Shown piece after piece: positions 1 through 11,089 of a stretch of DNA of 64,000 nucleotides. Numbering within the stretch: the first letter of the stretch is position 1; each line of letters starts with the position of its first letter. The position numbers and the translations under genes were made by a program. The stretch spans positions 114,764,001 through 114,828,000 of the forward strand of contig NC_045697.1 in assembly GCF_009834535.1 (NCBI RefSeq). The letters are read 5' to 3'. This stretch comes from Camelus ferus (lineage: Eukaryota). Under the pieces are notes generated by a model. The model was given only the letters and a program-made list of their open reading frames with translations. It ran no database searches and was not told where the DNA came from.

Positions 1-685
1 AATTCAACATTTCCTGTATTAATAATCAGAGTTATTCCTCTACTAAATAACCATGCAGGTCAAAATTCAGGGCTTTTTTTAAATGGAAATGACTATTGAA
101 TTACACAGTCTATATTCTTTTGCTAATTATTCCAGGATATAGGATTCCACAAAACAGAAATATTTGTAGAGTTTAAAATGTGCCCATTAAGTTCTGAGAA
201 ATTCCTTTATGTATTTCCTATTGTCTTAGAGGACAGTTATGTTCATATGCTGCAGACGCTAAATGATTCGTAACTGTGCTATCCTAAGATATTCTATTTT
301 GTGTCATAAAATGAGAAGTAGTATGAAATGAAACTGAGCAGGACAGTCATCTTATGAAAATGACCCTTTCCGTTTAAGTTTGGGAGCTGCAACTTTGAAC
401 ATAATGTGCAATGTCAGCAAACTTGCAAAGAAATAAGGTTCAAAAGTACATAGAAAACACTAACAGAAAAGAGCAGAATGTTAAGTATTCTTGTTCATTT
501 TATCTTGTAGTATGTTTACAACCTGTGGTGGAAGTCAGTGTGTGAGGATACATGCTATAGACTAGAGCAAGTGTAATCAAATAGTTGCCAATCCACAAAC
601 CCTGAATCATGACTCAATCTGCTATCTTCCAGATGGTATCAGAAGCCATCTTCTCAGAGAATGCTCTTTTCACTTCCTTTTTCAG

Positions 686-1130
686 ATGGAGAAAAATATC
701 CCCAAAGTAATGAGGACTTACAGTACCCTCAGATACTAAACTATTATACCGTATTCCTTGTATGTGTCAAATTTAGTTCATGGCAGTAAAGAAGATGGAG
801 ATCAAACCCATGACAGTCTCTTAGATGCCATGGCCGTCCATCAGGGGCCCATTTATAAGAATGGAAGGTAACCCCAAAGTCAAAGGAGGAAACATAAGTA
901 GGTTTAGGGGCTCAAGCTAGCTAGCTCTGGACACAAGTGGAATGCCACTCTGAGGAAGATATTTTCATTTCGCTCACAGCATGTGGAATTTTTAATTCTT
1001 GGTAAAAACAGACAAACTTCTTCAGAAAATATTTGGCTGTAGCACTGGGAGATTTGTTTGATGCCCTTGGGTATTTTGGGGACAGTAACTTACCAGGATC
1101 TCTGGGTCACGGAGGAACATGTGGGCAGAT
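686..1130 (+). pseudogene. Possible extremely degraded olfactory receptor relic (N-terminus to ~TM4)
   Basis: Polypyrimidine-CAG acceptor directly before ATG 686 (MEKNIPKVM, cf. M-x-x-N-x-T-x-V-T). Then, across frameshifts and in OR order: GLT.YPQI..VFLV, ccc atg (PM, 807), VTPK (868-879), IS.F.G, IFISLTA(M). PM-to-PK spacing is 67 nt vs ~63 expected. By-eye only. Confidence 0.3.
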
Positions 1131-2383
1131 TTACATATAGGCTTTTGAAATACAATAAACACAAAGTGTTTACACAAACACAAAGCCTAATAAACACAAA
1201 GTGAGACCCAGCAAACACAAATCAAACACTGGGCTTAATGCTTGTGTGACTGTGTGTTTTCTGAACATAAAAGTAAGACATTCGCATAACGAATTTTAAA
1301 TTATTTAAAAACATAAAAAAGGAAATAAAAAAAGGATCTTAACACCATACAACCCAGAAGTAACCAGTTATTGTATGATACATGGATGTCAAAATGGATA
1401 TATTTTTTCAATTTGCAGTGTTTTACAAGTTTTTAACACACGTAAACTTTTAACTCATTAGAAGGAAGAACAAGAGTGTCCTCTTTATTTTTTCCCATCT
1501 CTCATTATTAATAGTTTATTCTAGAAGCTAATGCGAAATATTTCTCATGATTACTTCATTTATTGATATTACATATTTGATCTACTGACAAAAGATAACA
1601 ATTTATCTTATTAAAATCACTCTGTACACCCTCTTTTATTCCACTTAATGTAAAATAATTCTGTTATTTTCCAACCTCAGCTTATTTGTAATTATATCAA
1701 TTGCAGACCACTTTTAAACATTATCTATCGACATCTTCCTACAAGGTAAGGAAGCACCTGTGCTCTCTTCTGTCCTGAACTTATGTGAGCTATAATTTTA
1801 TAATTTTACTTTTATTTTGACAAGGTTGACAGCAATTTTATTTTGTTCTGCAGCTGCAATTAAGGCTTATGTATTTTGTCTGTTAATACAAAACATAATG
1901 TAACAACACAGAGATTTCACTTCCAAGTATGATCGGGTGAGTTTAGATAGACCCTCCACTGTAAACAATCAAAAAAGGACATAAGGTGAGTTATTATGCA
2001 TTGGACAGCAGGGGCACACAAGCACACATTTTGGAAGCATGGACATTCATGAGATGAGCTCGGCAAGCACTCTCCCAGCAGACAATTTCCTAATGACAGC
2101 TGAGCAAGCAGTTCTCCAACAGGAACCACAATGGTTGAGTTGAGACCAGGGGAGAGACATCAGAATTCTTGGGTGCTCCAGCAGCTGACAATTCTGCAGA
2201 TAAGCCCACTGAAGGAGAGGCAGCCATGCCTGAGGGTTCCTACCAAGCCTTGTGCCAAGAACCAAGTCTGTATACACAACAGAAGACTCTACAGGATTTA
2301 CCCAACAGTATTGACTACAGCATTGAGAATGAAATGGGCAAGAGAGGTAACAGTGCTGGGAGACGCTGGGAGACCAGCCCAGC

Positions 2384-3045
2384 TGTTGCAGGAGAAGGAG
2401 GGCACAAGAGGAAAGCCAAGGTATTAGGTCCCAGGTGAGCTCAAGGGACGGGCTGCCCAGTGAGGGTCATTGTCTTCCAGCAGGAAAGAATTCAAGAGTA
2501 AGCTGTATGTGCATGGCTGGGACCCTGCTTTACACCACAAATTAGCACGTTGTAGCCGCCTGAACTTCAATTAAAAACAAAAAAAAAATCAAGATTTACA
2601 GAAAAAGAAGAGCCAGCCACAGTAAAATGAAAGCTAGTTTATCTAGAGAGACGCACATGCCATAGACAGAGTGTGTGGTGTCTCAGCAGGGAGAGCAGCC
2701 CCAGAGTGTAGAGGTGGTTAGTTTTTATGGGCTGAGTGATTTCATACGCTAACAACTGGGAGAATCATTCCAACCACTTTGGGGAGGGGGCTGGGATTTT
2801 TCAGGAATTGGGCCATTGCCCACTTTTTGACCTTTTACATCAGCCTGGGAACTGTCATGGCACCTGTGGGAGTGCCATTTAGCAGCTAATGTATGACAAT
2901 GACCCTGTAATGAGGCTCATGGTCTACTGGAAGTCAAATCTTCTGCCATCTTGGGACTACTTGGTTCTAACCAGTATTTGTCCAGTCCGCAGTGTCTGTG
3001 TCATTCTTTTAAAGGTTGTGCCCTGCCCTCTCCCCTCCTGTCTCA
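2384..3045 (-). mobile_element. Solo ERV1 LTR, MER41-like (copy 1)
   Basis: TG...CA termini (tgttgcagg...ctgtctca); 4-bp TSD cagc/cagt; homologous over its length to 10447-10988. Confidence 0.85.
2504..2607 (+). mobile_element. Very short 5'-truncated L1 3' tail inserted in the LTR
   Basis: L1 3' end (gctttacaccacaaattagcacgttgtagccgcctgaacttcaatt + poly-A); TSD aagagtaagc/aagagccagc; absent from the paralogous LTR copy. Confidence 0.8.
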
Positions 3046-4292
3046 CAGTGAAAGTGGAAAACTCTCCTTGTCACTTCCTTCACATCATGGGCATCCAGCT
3101 GAGACACCAGAAACACCACACCTTATGAGTTAGTATGAGGACCTAAGTAAAGCCTACACTGTGCCTTCCCCAACACAACTAAAACCAAGACCTGACAAGT
3201 CCCATGGGAGAGGCAGGGTGTGGAGACTGAGTCCTACAAGTTAGAGGAGCTTGGGGAACACCACGGACTTTGCACCGATCCTTTCCAAGAAAGAGTTAAC
3301 AAAGCCTGCCTAAGGGCAAGGTGATCAGCCAGTGGTTGAACTCTCTACCAGAAGAAAATAAATATACTTCAGGGAAAGTTAACAGAATCTAGAGTCTCTA
3401 TAGTGTATCATAAATTTTTTTCAGTACAAAATAGTAATTTAAAAATTTAGATAAGCAAGGAAGCCAGCCTATATGATTCGTAGTCAATAAAACAGTCAAT
3501 AGGAGTCAAACCAGAGATGTCTTGAATGTTAGATTTTGTAGACAACAAGTTTAAAACAGGTAAAGCAGATTCTATAACTATTTTCAAAGAATTAAACAAA
3601 ATAAGATGATAATGAATGTACATATACGTAATCTCCTCAGAGAAATGGGATCCATTAAAAAAAAAAGACATTTCTAAAACTGAAAATCATAATAACTGAG
3701 GTGAAAATTTCTCCTGTGCTTCACTGTAGATTGGAGATGAGAGAAGAGCCAGTAAACTTGATCACTGATCAATAAAAAATATACAATAAAAATTACATCT
3801 TAGTAGCAAGAGAGATATGATTGAGAGAAACAGGCACAGGATAGCCAGCAATTGTCAGACAAAATAAAACAAACTAACATACACATAATAGTAGTTCCAG
3901 GACAAGAAGCATATGAGAATAAGGTAGAATGTTTTTGAAGAAATAATGTAAAATAATTTCCCAAACATGATAGAAATGAATGAACTTTTAGGTCCAAAGA
4001 AATTCAGTAGAAAAGTCAAAAGATAATCGGAAAGTATTCAAAGAAAAAAGAAATATTATATACAGGAAAACAATAATGGAAATCTCATTTTTTCTTCATC
4101 AGAAATAATGGATGCCTGAAGATAATAGAATGATAGTTTAAAAGGCTGAAAGAAAGAAGGAAAAAAAACAAGGTTCTGTCCAACTGATTTTATAGACAGT
4201 GAAAATATTCTTGAAAACAAGGGTGAAATAAAACCCTTTTCAGACAAATGAAAACTAGGAGATCTGGTTGTGCCATTAGAAAGAATAAGGAT

Positions 4293-4457
4293 GGGGGAGG
4301 GTATGGCTGAAGTGGTACAACATATGCTTAGCATGCACAAGGTCCTGGGTTCAATCCCCAGTGCCTCCTCTAAAAAGAAATAAACCTAATTACTTCCCTT
4401 CATCAAAATAAAATAATTAAATAATACAATAATAAATAAATATTAAAAGAAAGAAGA
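4293..4457 (+). mobile_element. tRNA-Ala-derived SINE (camelid vic-1-like)
   Basis: tRNA-like head with A/B boxes (gggttcaatcccc), taaacctaattac body, A-rich tail, TSD ...taaggat on both sides. Confidence 0.9.
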
Positions 4458-5109
4458 AACAGTAAGGATATTTTTCAGGTTGTAAGAGAGCAACACCAAA
4501 CAGAAATGGGGATCTCCTGAAAGGAAAGAAGATGCCAGAAAATTAAAGATGTAAAAAAGTCTGTTTTTTTTTTTTTTTCATAATCTTCTTAGGAAAAAAC
4601 TGACAAAAATAAAATTAATAAAATGTGAAATGTGATGTATGGTACACATGGAAACAAGACATGACAACAGCACTCAAAATCACACGTCCAGGTAGGTAAG
4701 TGATTATCCTCCTGGGACATTATCCCATTTGAGAAGCCAGAAATGGGAGGTTGGAACTAAAAATTGACAAAGATGAAATGTGAAGTAGGAAGTGTAAAGT
4801 TTAAATAATATAAGTTCAACTCTGCTTGTTCTTTCATGAATTAAAAATGCATATTTTGACAGTAAAACCAGTACTAAAAATTTAAAAAGAGGTTGATTTA
4901 AAAATACATGTAACGAAAAGACATAACACACTAACATAATGCACTGCCAGCCCCATTGCAGTAACTTATACTCACCTCCCCCTACCACCGCCCCCAGCCT
5001 AGAACTCTAAGAAAACTGGACAAAATTAAAAAGAGTCTTTTAACCTGGGGTCTTACTGTTTTTGGATATCACTTTCTTGTATGTAAAATGAAAGAATTCT
5101 TCTTGAACA

Positions 5110-5275
5110 GCCATTCTCACATGTAATTACACAGCCTGGCTCCGTCAGAATTACCTGCAGAATGTTTGTTGTCACTTTTGAAGTACAGATTTCTGGCTTC
5201 AAAAAGAATCTTACTAAATAAAATCTTCCAAGGATCAACATAGTCTGATGCACACCAAGCTACGAAAACTACAAA
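5110..5275. mobile_element. MER5-like hAT-Charlie MITE remnant
   Basis: ttctc...tcagaattacctg...cagatttctggc...aaaactac resembles the MER5 consensus; degraded. Confidence 0.4.
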
Positions 5276-5679
5276 ACTAAAAGGCCTTCAGTCTCTCTTG
5301 TGATTTTTACATCCTAATTCGCTGAATAAAATAGTCCATTTTAAACATGTATTTGCTGTTACTTCTAGTTATAATATGTCTTTAAGGATTTTTCCGGTAC
5401 TCATGAACGTGCCATTATAGCATCATTTAAACAGACTTGCTTATGAATTTAGATGTTTAATGACCTTTTCAATGAAATGTTTCATCTTAATACCCCTGCA
5501 CTATAAATGTCTCATCAAAGAAAGAATACTCCCAGGAGCACATAGAAGTTCTGAATTTACAGGGTCAGAACTACAGATAATAAATAATAGCGACTGGATG
5601 GATGCTACAAAATACAGCTTCAGAAACCTAATAATTAGTAGCACAGTTTTCAAAACCAAATAATATGATTGCCAACATA

Positions 5680-6030
5680 AACGTAAGTAATTACAGGCCC
5701 AGGAGTAATTGTAAAATTATGGACTGTTACATAGTGAACGATGGTCAAGAATGTTACATAGTTATCATTTCTTCCCTTTTATTTTCCAAAGCATTTAAGC
5801 TTACCTGCCAATGAGATACCACCTAAGAGCCCCTTGTCTGTTCCAAAAATTGATTTCCAATTAATCTGCATCCCTACTTCTCACCTCAGCCAATATACCT
5901 CCAGGAAACACTGCTCCCTGAGAACATTAATTCATGAAATTTGATTAGATGACACTTAATGGGATGAAACTGACACTTACTTCACTTCCCTGAGACATGT
6001 TAATTACACATTTGGTTTCTATAAATAAAT
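5680..6030 (+). promoter_or_regulatory. Candidate OR-type promoter: EBF(O/E)-like and homeodomain motif cluster plus TATA-like box
   Basis: TCCCTGAGA at 5915-5923 and 5987-5995, each followed by TTAATT; further TAATT sites near 5690-5710; TATAAAT at 6020; GTAAGC donor at 6228. Confidence 0.35.
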
Positions 6031-6174
6031 ATAGCTAAATACAGCTCTGAGGACTGTCTCGCACATCGCTGGAAACCAGGTCAAGACTATTGATGAAGAG
6101 AAATAAAATACCTAACTGGATTTGCTAGGCACATGATCTAAAATAGGCTAGCCATTTCTTTCTCCCAAACAGGG

Positions 6175-6280
6175 ATCTTTGAAAATGTTCCCTGGTGTTC
6201 TATTTCCTGATATAAATTTTGTAACCTGTAAGCAGCGAGGTCTGTTCCAATGAAATAAACTTAAAGATGGGGGAGAAGCA
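6175..6280. repeat. Exon-like module copy A (paralog of 8264-8375)
   Basis: 6226-6265 matches 8315-8354 at 35/40 nt; ATG (6185) + 43 nt + GTAAGC in both copies. Confidence 0.75.
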
Positions 6281-6545
6281 TTACATACACCAAATGACTC
6301 TGCAGTCACCTTTCTGTCCCCACTGCTATGTCCCTCCTTGCATGTGTAACACAAATGATTCGACATCGTGAACATGCAAACACAGACCTTCACAACTGGG
6401 ACACAAAATGAATTCAGCTACATGTAAAGAAAAGATATTGGCTCCATACTTTCATTGCCACATAACATGATGGCACAGCATGTCTCTATGGCTAATCCAT
6501 GATGCTCTACAGAAACTGCCTCTGTCCACTTCCAGTGATGATCTA

Positions 6546-6804
6546 TTTTTTTTTTTAATGACTGAAGCAGAGTTGATTTACAATGTAGTGTTAATTTCCA
6601 GTGTACAGCACAGTGATTCAGTTTATATATATATATATAAATACATATAAGAATATATATATATATTCTTGCTCACATTCTTTTTAATTATATGTTATTA
6701 TAAGATACTGAATATAGTTCCCTGTGCTGCACAGTAGGACTTGGCTGTTTTTCTATTTTGTATACACTAGTTAGTATCTGCAAATCCCAAACTCCTAATT
6801 TATC
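6546..6804 (-). mobile_element. Young L1 3' UTR fragment
   Basis: Poly-T then ...gttgatttacaatgtagtgttaatttccagtgtacagcacagtgattcag...gaatatagttccctgtgctg; matches the other L1 3' ends in the window. Confidence 0.9.
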
Positions 6805-6929
6805 AGCATTTAAAAACATGCACTGAATCTAAAAGAATCCATGCAAATTTTATTTCTGTTTTTTATACAGTAGATCCTGAAAAAATATTATTTGCCCCAG
6901 AAAACATTCCAGTTTACAGTGAAAAAACT

Positions 6930-7400
6930 ATGTTGCTTATTAGGTCAGAGACTGGCTAGCTACTCTTCAAAGTCGGCATGCCCTTTTAAGCACACAGTGG
7001 ACTGTATTTTACGTTTCCTTATTGTTAATGCAATTGTGTGTCTGAATCTTCAATTAATGAGATTCAATTAGTGAGGAAAAGGTGATAAAATCCACTTCCA
7101 GACCAAGTCCTTCCCAAAACTTCTTGCTTAATTCTTTCTCCCCTTCACCGTCATCCATGTGACAGCTTTTTTTTTTTTTTTAAATCTAGGGTGATCTGGG
7201 AAGTCAAATGTTGAAGAAGGGATAGCCAGCATCAGTCTGAGTTCCTGATTCAACTCTGTTGAGCAGAACTCCCCCTACAGTAAAGTTTACAGGTGACAGT
7301 GTGTAGCCACACTTCCCAGTGTTAATGAACTAATTCACTTAAGACAGTGAGTGTCAGGATGTATCTTTAACAGCATTCAACTTACTTTAACTAATTCTTG
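6930..7400 (+). mobile_element. Old MaLR (MLT1-type) LTR remnant
   Basis: ccacttccagacc, gccagcatcagtctgagttcctga, ttaagacagtgagtgtcaggatgtatctttaacagca resemble MLT1 LTR motifs. Confidence 0.5.
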
Positions 7401-7599
7401 AACCCACACAACTTGAGCTCTTCCCAGCTAAGGTCAGGCAAACACAGGCCAGGTTTCATTCCCAACAGAAATAAGCATTGCACAAAGTAAAAAAAAAAAA
7501 AAAAAAATCCCCTAATGCAAAAGTACTTCAATTAATCATTTAAAATAATTTCACCAAACTGATATTTTAAAACCTTTTTATTTGTCATGGAGCTTTTTT

Positions 7600-7975
7600 T
7601 ACACCTCAGGGCAAGGCACCTTCATATGATTTCTTTGTTTCTCAAACAGCATGTATGATCTTTTTCATGCCAGTTTCTTCGCCCCGAGTACTCTTTTTTT
7701 AAAATATCTACTTCTACGTATTTTTCAGGACTTTCCTTCAGTGCTATCTGATTGGAGAAGCTGTCTCTGATCACCCTACCAGAACTAGTGCCTCGTCATT
7801 TTTTTATTTAACTTAGTAATTTGGTTGTTCCCTATTAGTATTTGTCACGTTTGTAAATATTATATTTGTTCCTTTAAGTTTATTTCTGAATCCCAGGTAG
7901 AAAATGAGCTGCCCCAGGGAAAGCATCATGTCTTCTTGATTTATTAATAGAATCCAGGTGCTTAGCTTTGGAAGC
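7600..7975 (+). mobile_element. L2 3' end remnant
   Basis: tagaaaatgagctgccccagggaaagcatcatgtcttcttgatttatt...ggtgcttagc resembles the L2 3' consensus. Confidence 0.45.
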
Positions 7976-8263
7976 TAATCCTGGAAGATCACTTTGAAGT
8001 AGAGAATATATTGTTCAGGAGTGTAGGATGAAGTGACATGCAGGGGGCAGGGGACTAGGGGGGGCGCAGAAGGGAGTCTACTGCAGATGAGAAATAAATG
8101 AATGCTTTGCACTGCCACAAATAAACATGACTAAACCAGATACATTTAAATAATCCCTATATTAGCAGCAATTGAATAGGAGTGAAAACAACAGGTGAGG
8201 ACCATCCATGGATTAATCTCTGAGTAACAGGAGAGAAAAAAGATGTTGTCTAGTAAACAGAGA

Positions 8264-8375
8264 AAGAACAGAAATGTTACTTGTTTTTTCTTTTCCTCTA
8301 TTATATTGGCCCTTCTGTAAGCAATGAGGTCTGTTCCAACGAAACAAACCTAAATGGGAAGGGGGAGGAGAAATA
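8264..8375. repeat. Exon-like module copy B (paralog of 6175-6280)
   Basis: ATG 8274 + 43 nt (MLLVFSFPLLYWPF) + GTAAGC at 8317; on the minus strand a polypyrimidine-TTTAG acceptor precedes 8349. Confidence 0.75.
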
Positions 8376-8986
8376 GCAGAATGGCAGAAATAGTTTCCTT
8401 TATGAATGCTCTTTGTTCATAATAGAATCCTGATGCAGGATGCAGTTTCTGCTGCTGCTCCCAGAAGGAGCAGTGAAGTGATCAGAGCAGGACTGGTTGT
8501 GTGCGAGATTAAGAAAGAGATTTACAGCAGCAGCTCTAAGAGCAACCAAGTTAGCGTGCCTTGTTAGAGGGCAGGAAATATTTGTCCTCTTAGAGCAGAT
8601 CGCTTCATAGCAGAAGCAGCAGGATGGCCGGTGCCAGAAATCACAACACAGAGGAAACACATGCAGGAAAATACAGTGAGGTGCACAAAACCAGTGAGCT
8701 CAGTAAACAAGGTCGTCCATCAGTGATTTAAAAAAAATTAATAAATTTGCAAAGCCCATATTAACATAATATTTCTATTCTGAATAAGCTTAAACTGTGT
8801 TTTTGTGCCCCTTATGATGCTGAGAAGGATGAATAAAACCATGATCCACTGCCACAATTCCAGGCCTTCATCTGGTCATTTATTTATTATTTTATTTTGT
8901 TTTATTTCATTCCATTTCACTTCATTTCAGGTTACTTTATTTTTTTCAAACTAACGGCTCCAATCATTTCCCGATTAAATTAACAG

Positions 8987-9225
8987 GAGGGGGTGGGTAT
9001 AACTCAGTGGTAGAGAACCATACTTAGCATTCCCAAGGTCCTGGGTTCAATCCCCAGTACCTCCATTAAAAAAAGAATAAAAATGCATATATATGTATGT
9101 ATATGTATAACTGAATCATTTTGCTGTGTACCTGAAACTAACACTGTAAATCAACTACACCTCAATAAAAAATGAAAAATAAACTGGAAACAACCCCCCC
9201 AAATAATAATAATAATAAGAAAATT
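8987..9225 (+). mobile_element. tRNA-Ala-derived SINE with an L1 3' tail (~9086-9172) nested in its A-rich middle
   Basis: SINE head 8987-9066; then tataactgaatcattttgctgtgtacctgaaactaacactgtaaatcaactacacctcaataaaa (L1 end); then SINE body/tail (aaataaact...ccccccc aaataataat). Confidence 0.85.
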
Positions 9226-9319
9226 ACTGTATCTCTCCAGAGGTTTTATATTCTCCTATTGTCCTTTATTTATTCAAACATTTTAAAGGGATTTATTCAC
9301 TCCAAAACCATTCAATATA

Positions 9320-9474
9320 TTTTCTTTCTTTCTTTTTTTTTTTTTTTTTTTTTTTGTGGTGGGTGGTAGTTAGGTTTACTTATTTATTTATTTTTAGAGG
9401 CAGTTCTGGGGATTGAACCCAGGACCTTGTGTATGCTAAGTATGTGCTCTACCACTTGAGCTACACCCATCCCC
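9320..9474 (-). mobile_element. tRNA-Ala-derived SINE
   Basis: Reverse-complement head ggggattgaacccaggaccttgtgtatgctaag...gagctacacc; poly-T; TSD atatattttc on both sides. Confidence 0.9.
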
Positions 9475-10446
9475 TGATATATTTTCAATAACCGGACCAG
9501 AGACAGCCCTGGAGCAAAAACTCAATACCTTTGCTGGTAGAAGTCTCCATCCTGTGTCACCATCCTGTCCACTGCATCAGTGACCTTATGCTGTTTCCCA
9601 CAGCCAGGGGCATTCATTCTACTGCTCTTGTCACATCTATACTTCCAGACCCCTCCTTAAAGTAGAAAAATGGCCAGGTGTGATCTTTCAAGTAAACAAG
9701 ACTTTATTTTAGATTTATATGAATAGTAACAGTTGCTAAATTAACAAGTCAAACATCCCACATCCAAGGTAAAGGAATCTGGAGGTAGCGGTAGAAAGAG
9801 TGGTCCTCCTCCCAGAGACTAGATTTGCAGAGTCCCCCACTGCAGCGTAGAGGCACGTCGGTTTCAAGGAAGCTAGTTGTCTCATTTTAAAAGGTGATAT
9901 TTACCCATCAGAGCTACATAATTATTAATTAAAATTAATAATGTAATCAAAGTGGAAAGAGAAAACTAAAATGAAAAAAAAGAAAGAAAAAAAAAAGAAA
10001 AGCTAACTTGTCAAGTCGGCAGAAAGAATAAACTGTCCTAATAATTAAAAGACTAGAAATTAATTTTCTATATAGGCAAATTTGTGAGTCAAATTATGTT
10101 TTATATATAAAATTATATACTTACTTTATTTGGGAAAGTATTGGCTAGCACCTGTCTTTTTGAAAGCATTACTATTTAACAACGTTAACCAACTATGGCT
10201 TACATGATAAATGTTTATGACAGACACTGTGAAGCAAGATCGCCTGGCTCATGCCAAATCAAAGGAATCCCACAGTAGACAGGGCATATTTACGTACTCT
10301 GAAGAAATTAGGCATTTAAAAAATTTTATGGTTTTCCAATGTTGTTTTGAATCTCAGATATTACTATTCACCAATAATCAGTGAAGAAAGGCTATGTAGA
10401 AAGAGCATTTTCTAATTAACCCTGTGGTTAGATTTAGGTATCAGAT

Positions 10447-10988
10447 TGTTGCAGGAAAATAGGGGGAAGGGGTGCAGAGGACAGTCATGTCCCAGGTCTC
10501 AGGCCGTGGGACAGGCCTCTAAGTGAGGGTCCTTGGCTTTGAGCAGGAAAGAGTTCAAGAAGGAGCCACAGTAAAGTGAAAGAAGGTTTATTTACAGAGA
10601 TACACACTCCATAGACAGAATGTGGTTCATCTCAGAAGGAATGGTTCCAGGGTGCAGGGGTGGTTAGGTTTTATGGGCTGGGGAATTTCATAGGCTAACT
10701 AGTGGGAGGATGATTACAACTATTTTGGGGAAGGGGTGAGGATTTCCAGGAATTGGGCCACCACCCACTTTTTGGCCTTTCATGGTCAGCCTGGGAATTA
10801 TTATGGCGCCTGTGGGTGTCACTCCGCAGCTGATGTATTGCAATGAGATGTGATGAAGCTCAAGGTCTACTAGAAGTCAAGCCTTCCGCCATCTTGGACT
10901 TACCTGGCTCCAACCAGTGTATGTCATATCCTCAATTGCAGTGTCATTCTTTTAGTGGTTGTGCCCTGCCTCCTTCCCTTCTGTCTCG
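10447..10988 (-). mobile_element. Solo ERV1 LTR, MER41-like (copy 2)
   Basis: tgttgcagg...ctgtctcg termini, TSD agat/ggat, homologous to 2384-3045; contains TTCCAGGAA at 10744-10752. Confidence 0.85.
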
Positions 10989-11089
10989 GGATTTCTGCAA
11001 AAATTTTAATTTGCACTTTATATTCTTAGCTGCTTAAACTGTAAGTTTAAATCAGCGTCTTGAGATTTTCAGTCTTCCCTAATACAAGA

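Larger units (their letters stand above)
2000..4930 (+). mobile_element. Old L1 (L1M-type) 5'UTR/ORF1 region, interrupted by an LTR and a SINE
   Basis: A-rich degenerate ORF1-like sequence (e.g. gagatgtcttgaatgttagattttgtagacaacaag, tcatcagaaataatggatgcctgaagataatagaatg, aagggtgaaataaaacccttttcagacaaatg) that continues across the insertions. Confidence 0.6.

Noticed and set aside
8274..8692. TCR/Ig V gene (43-nt leader exon plus RSS-like cacatgc...acaaaacc)
   Set aside because: No Ig-V residues (Cys, WYxQ, YYC) in any frame and the spacer is not 12 or 23 nt; the cacagca...acagaaact near 6473-6518 has a 28-nt spacer.
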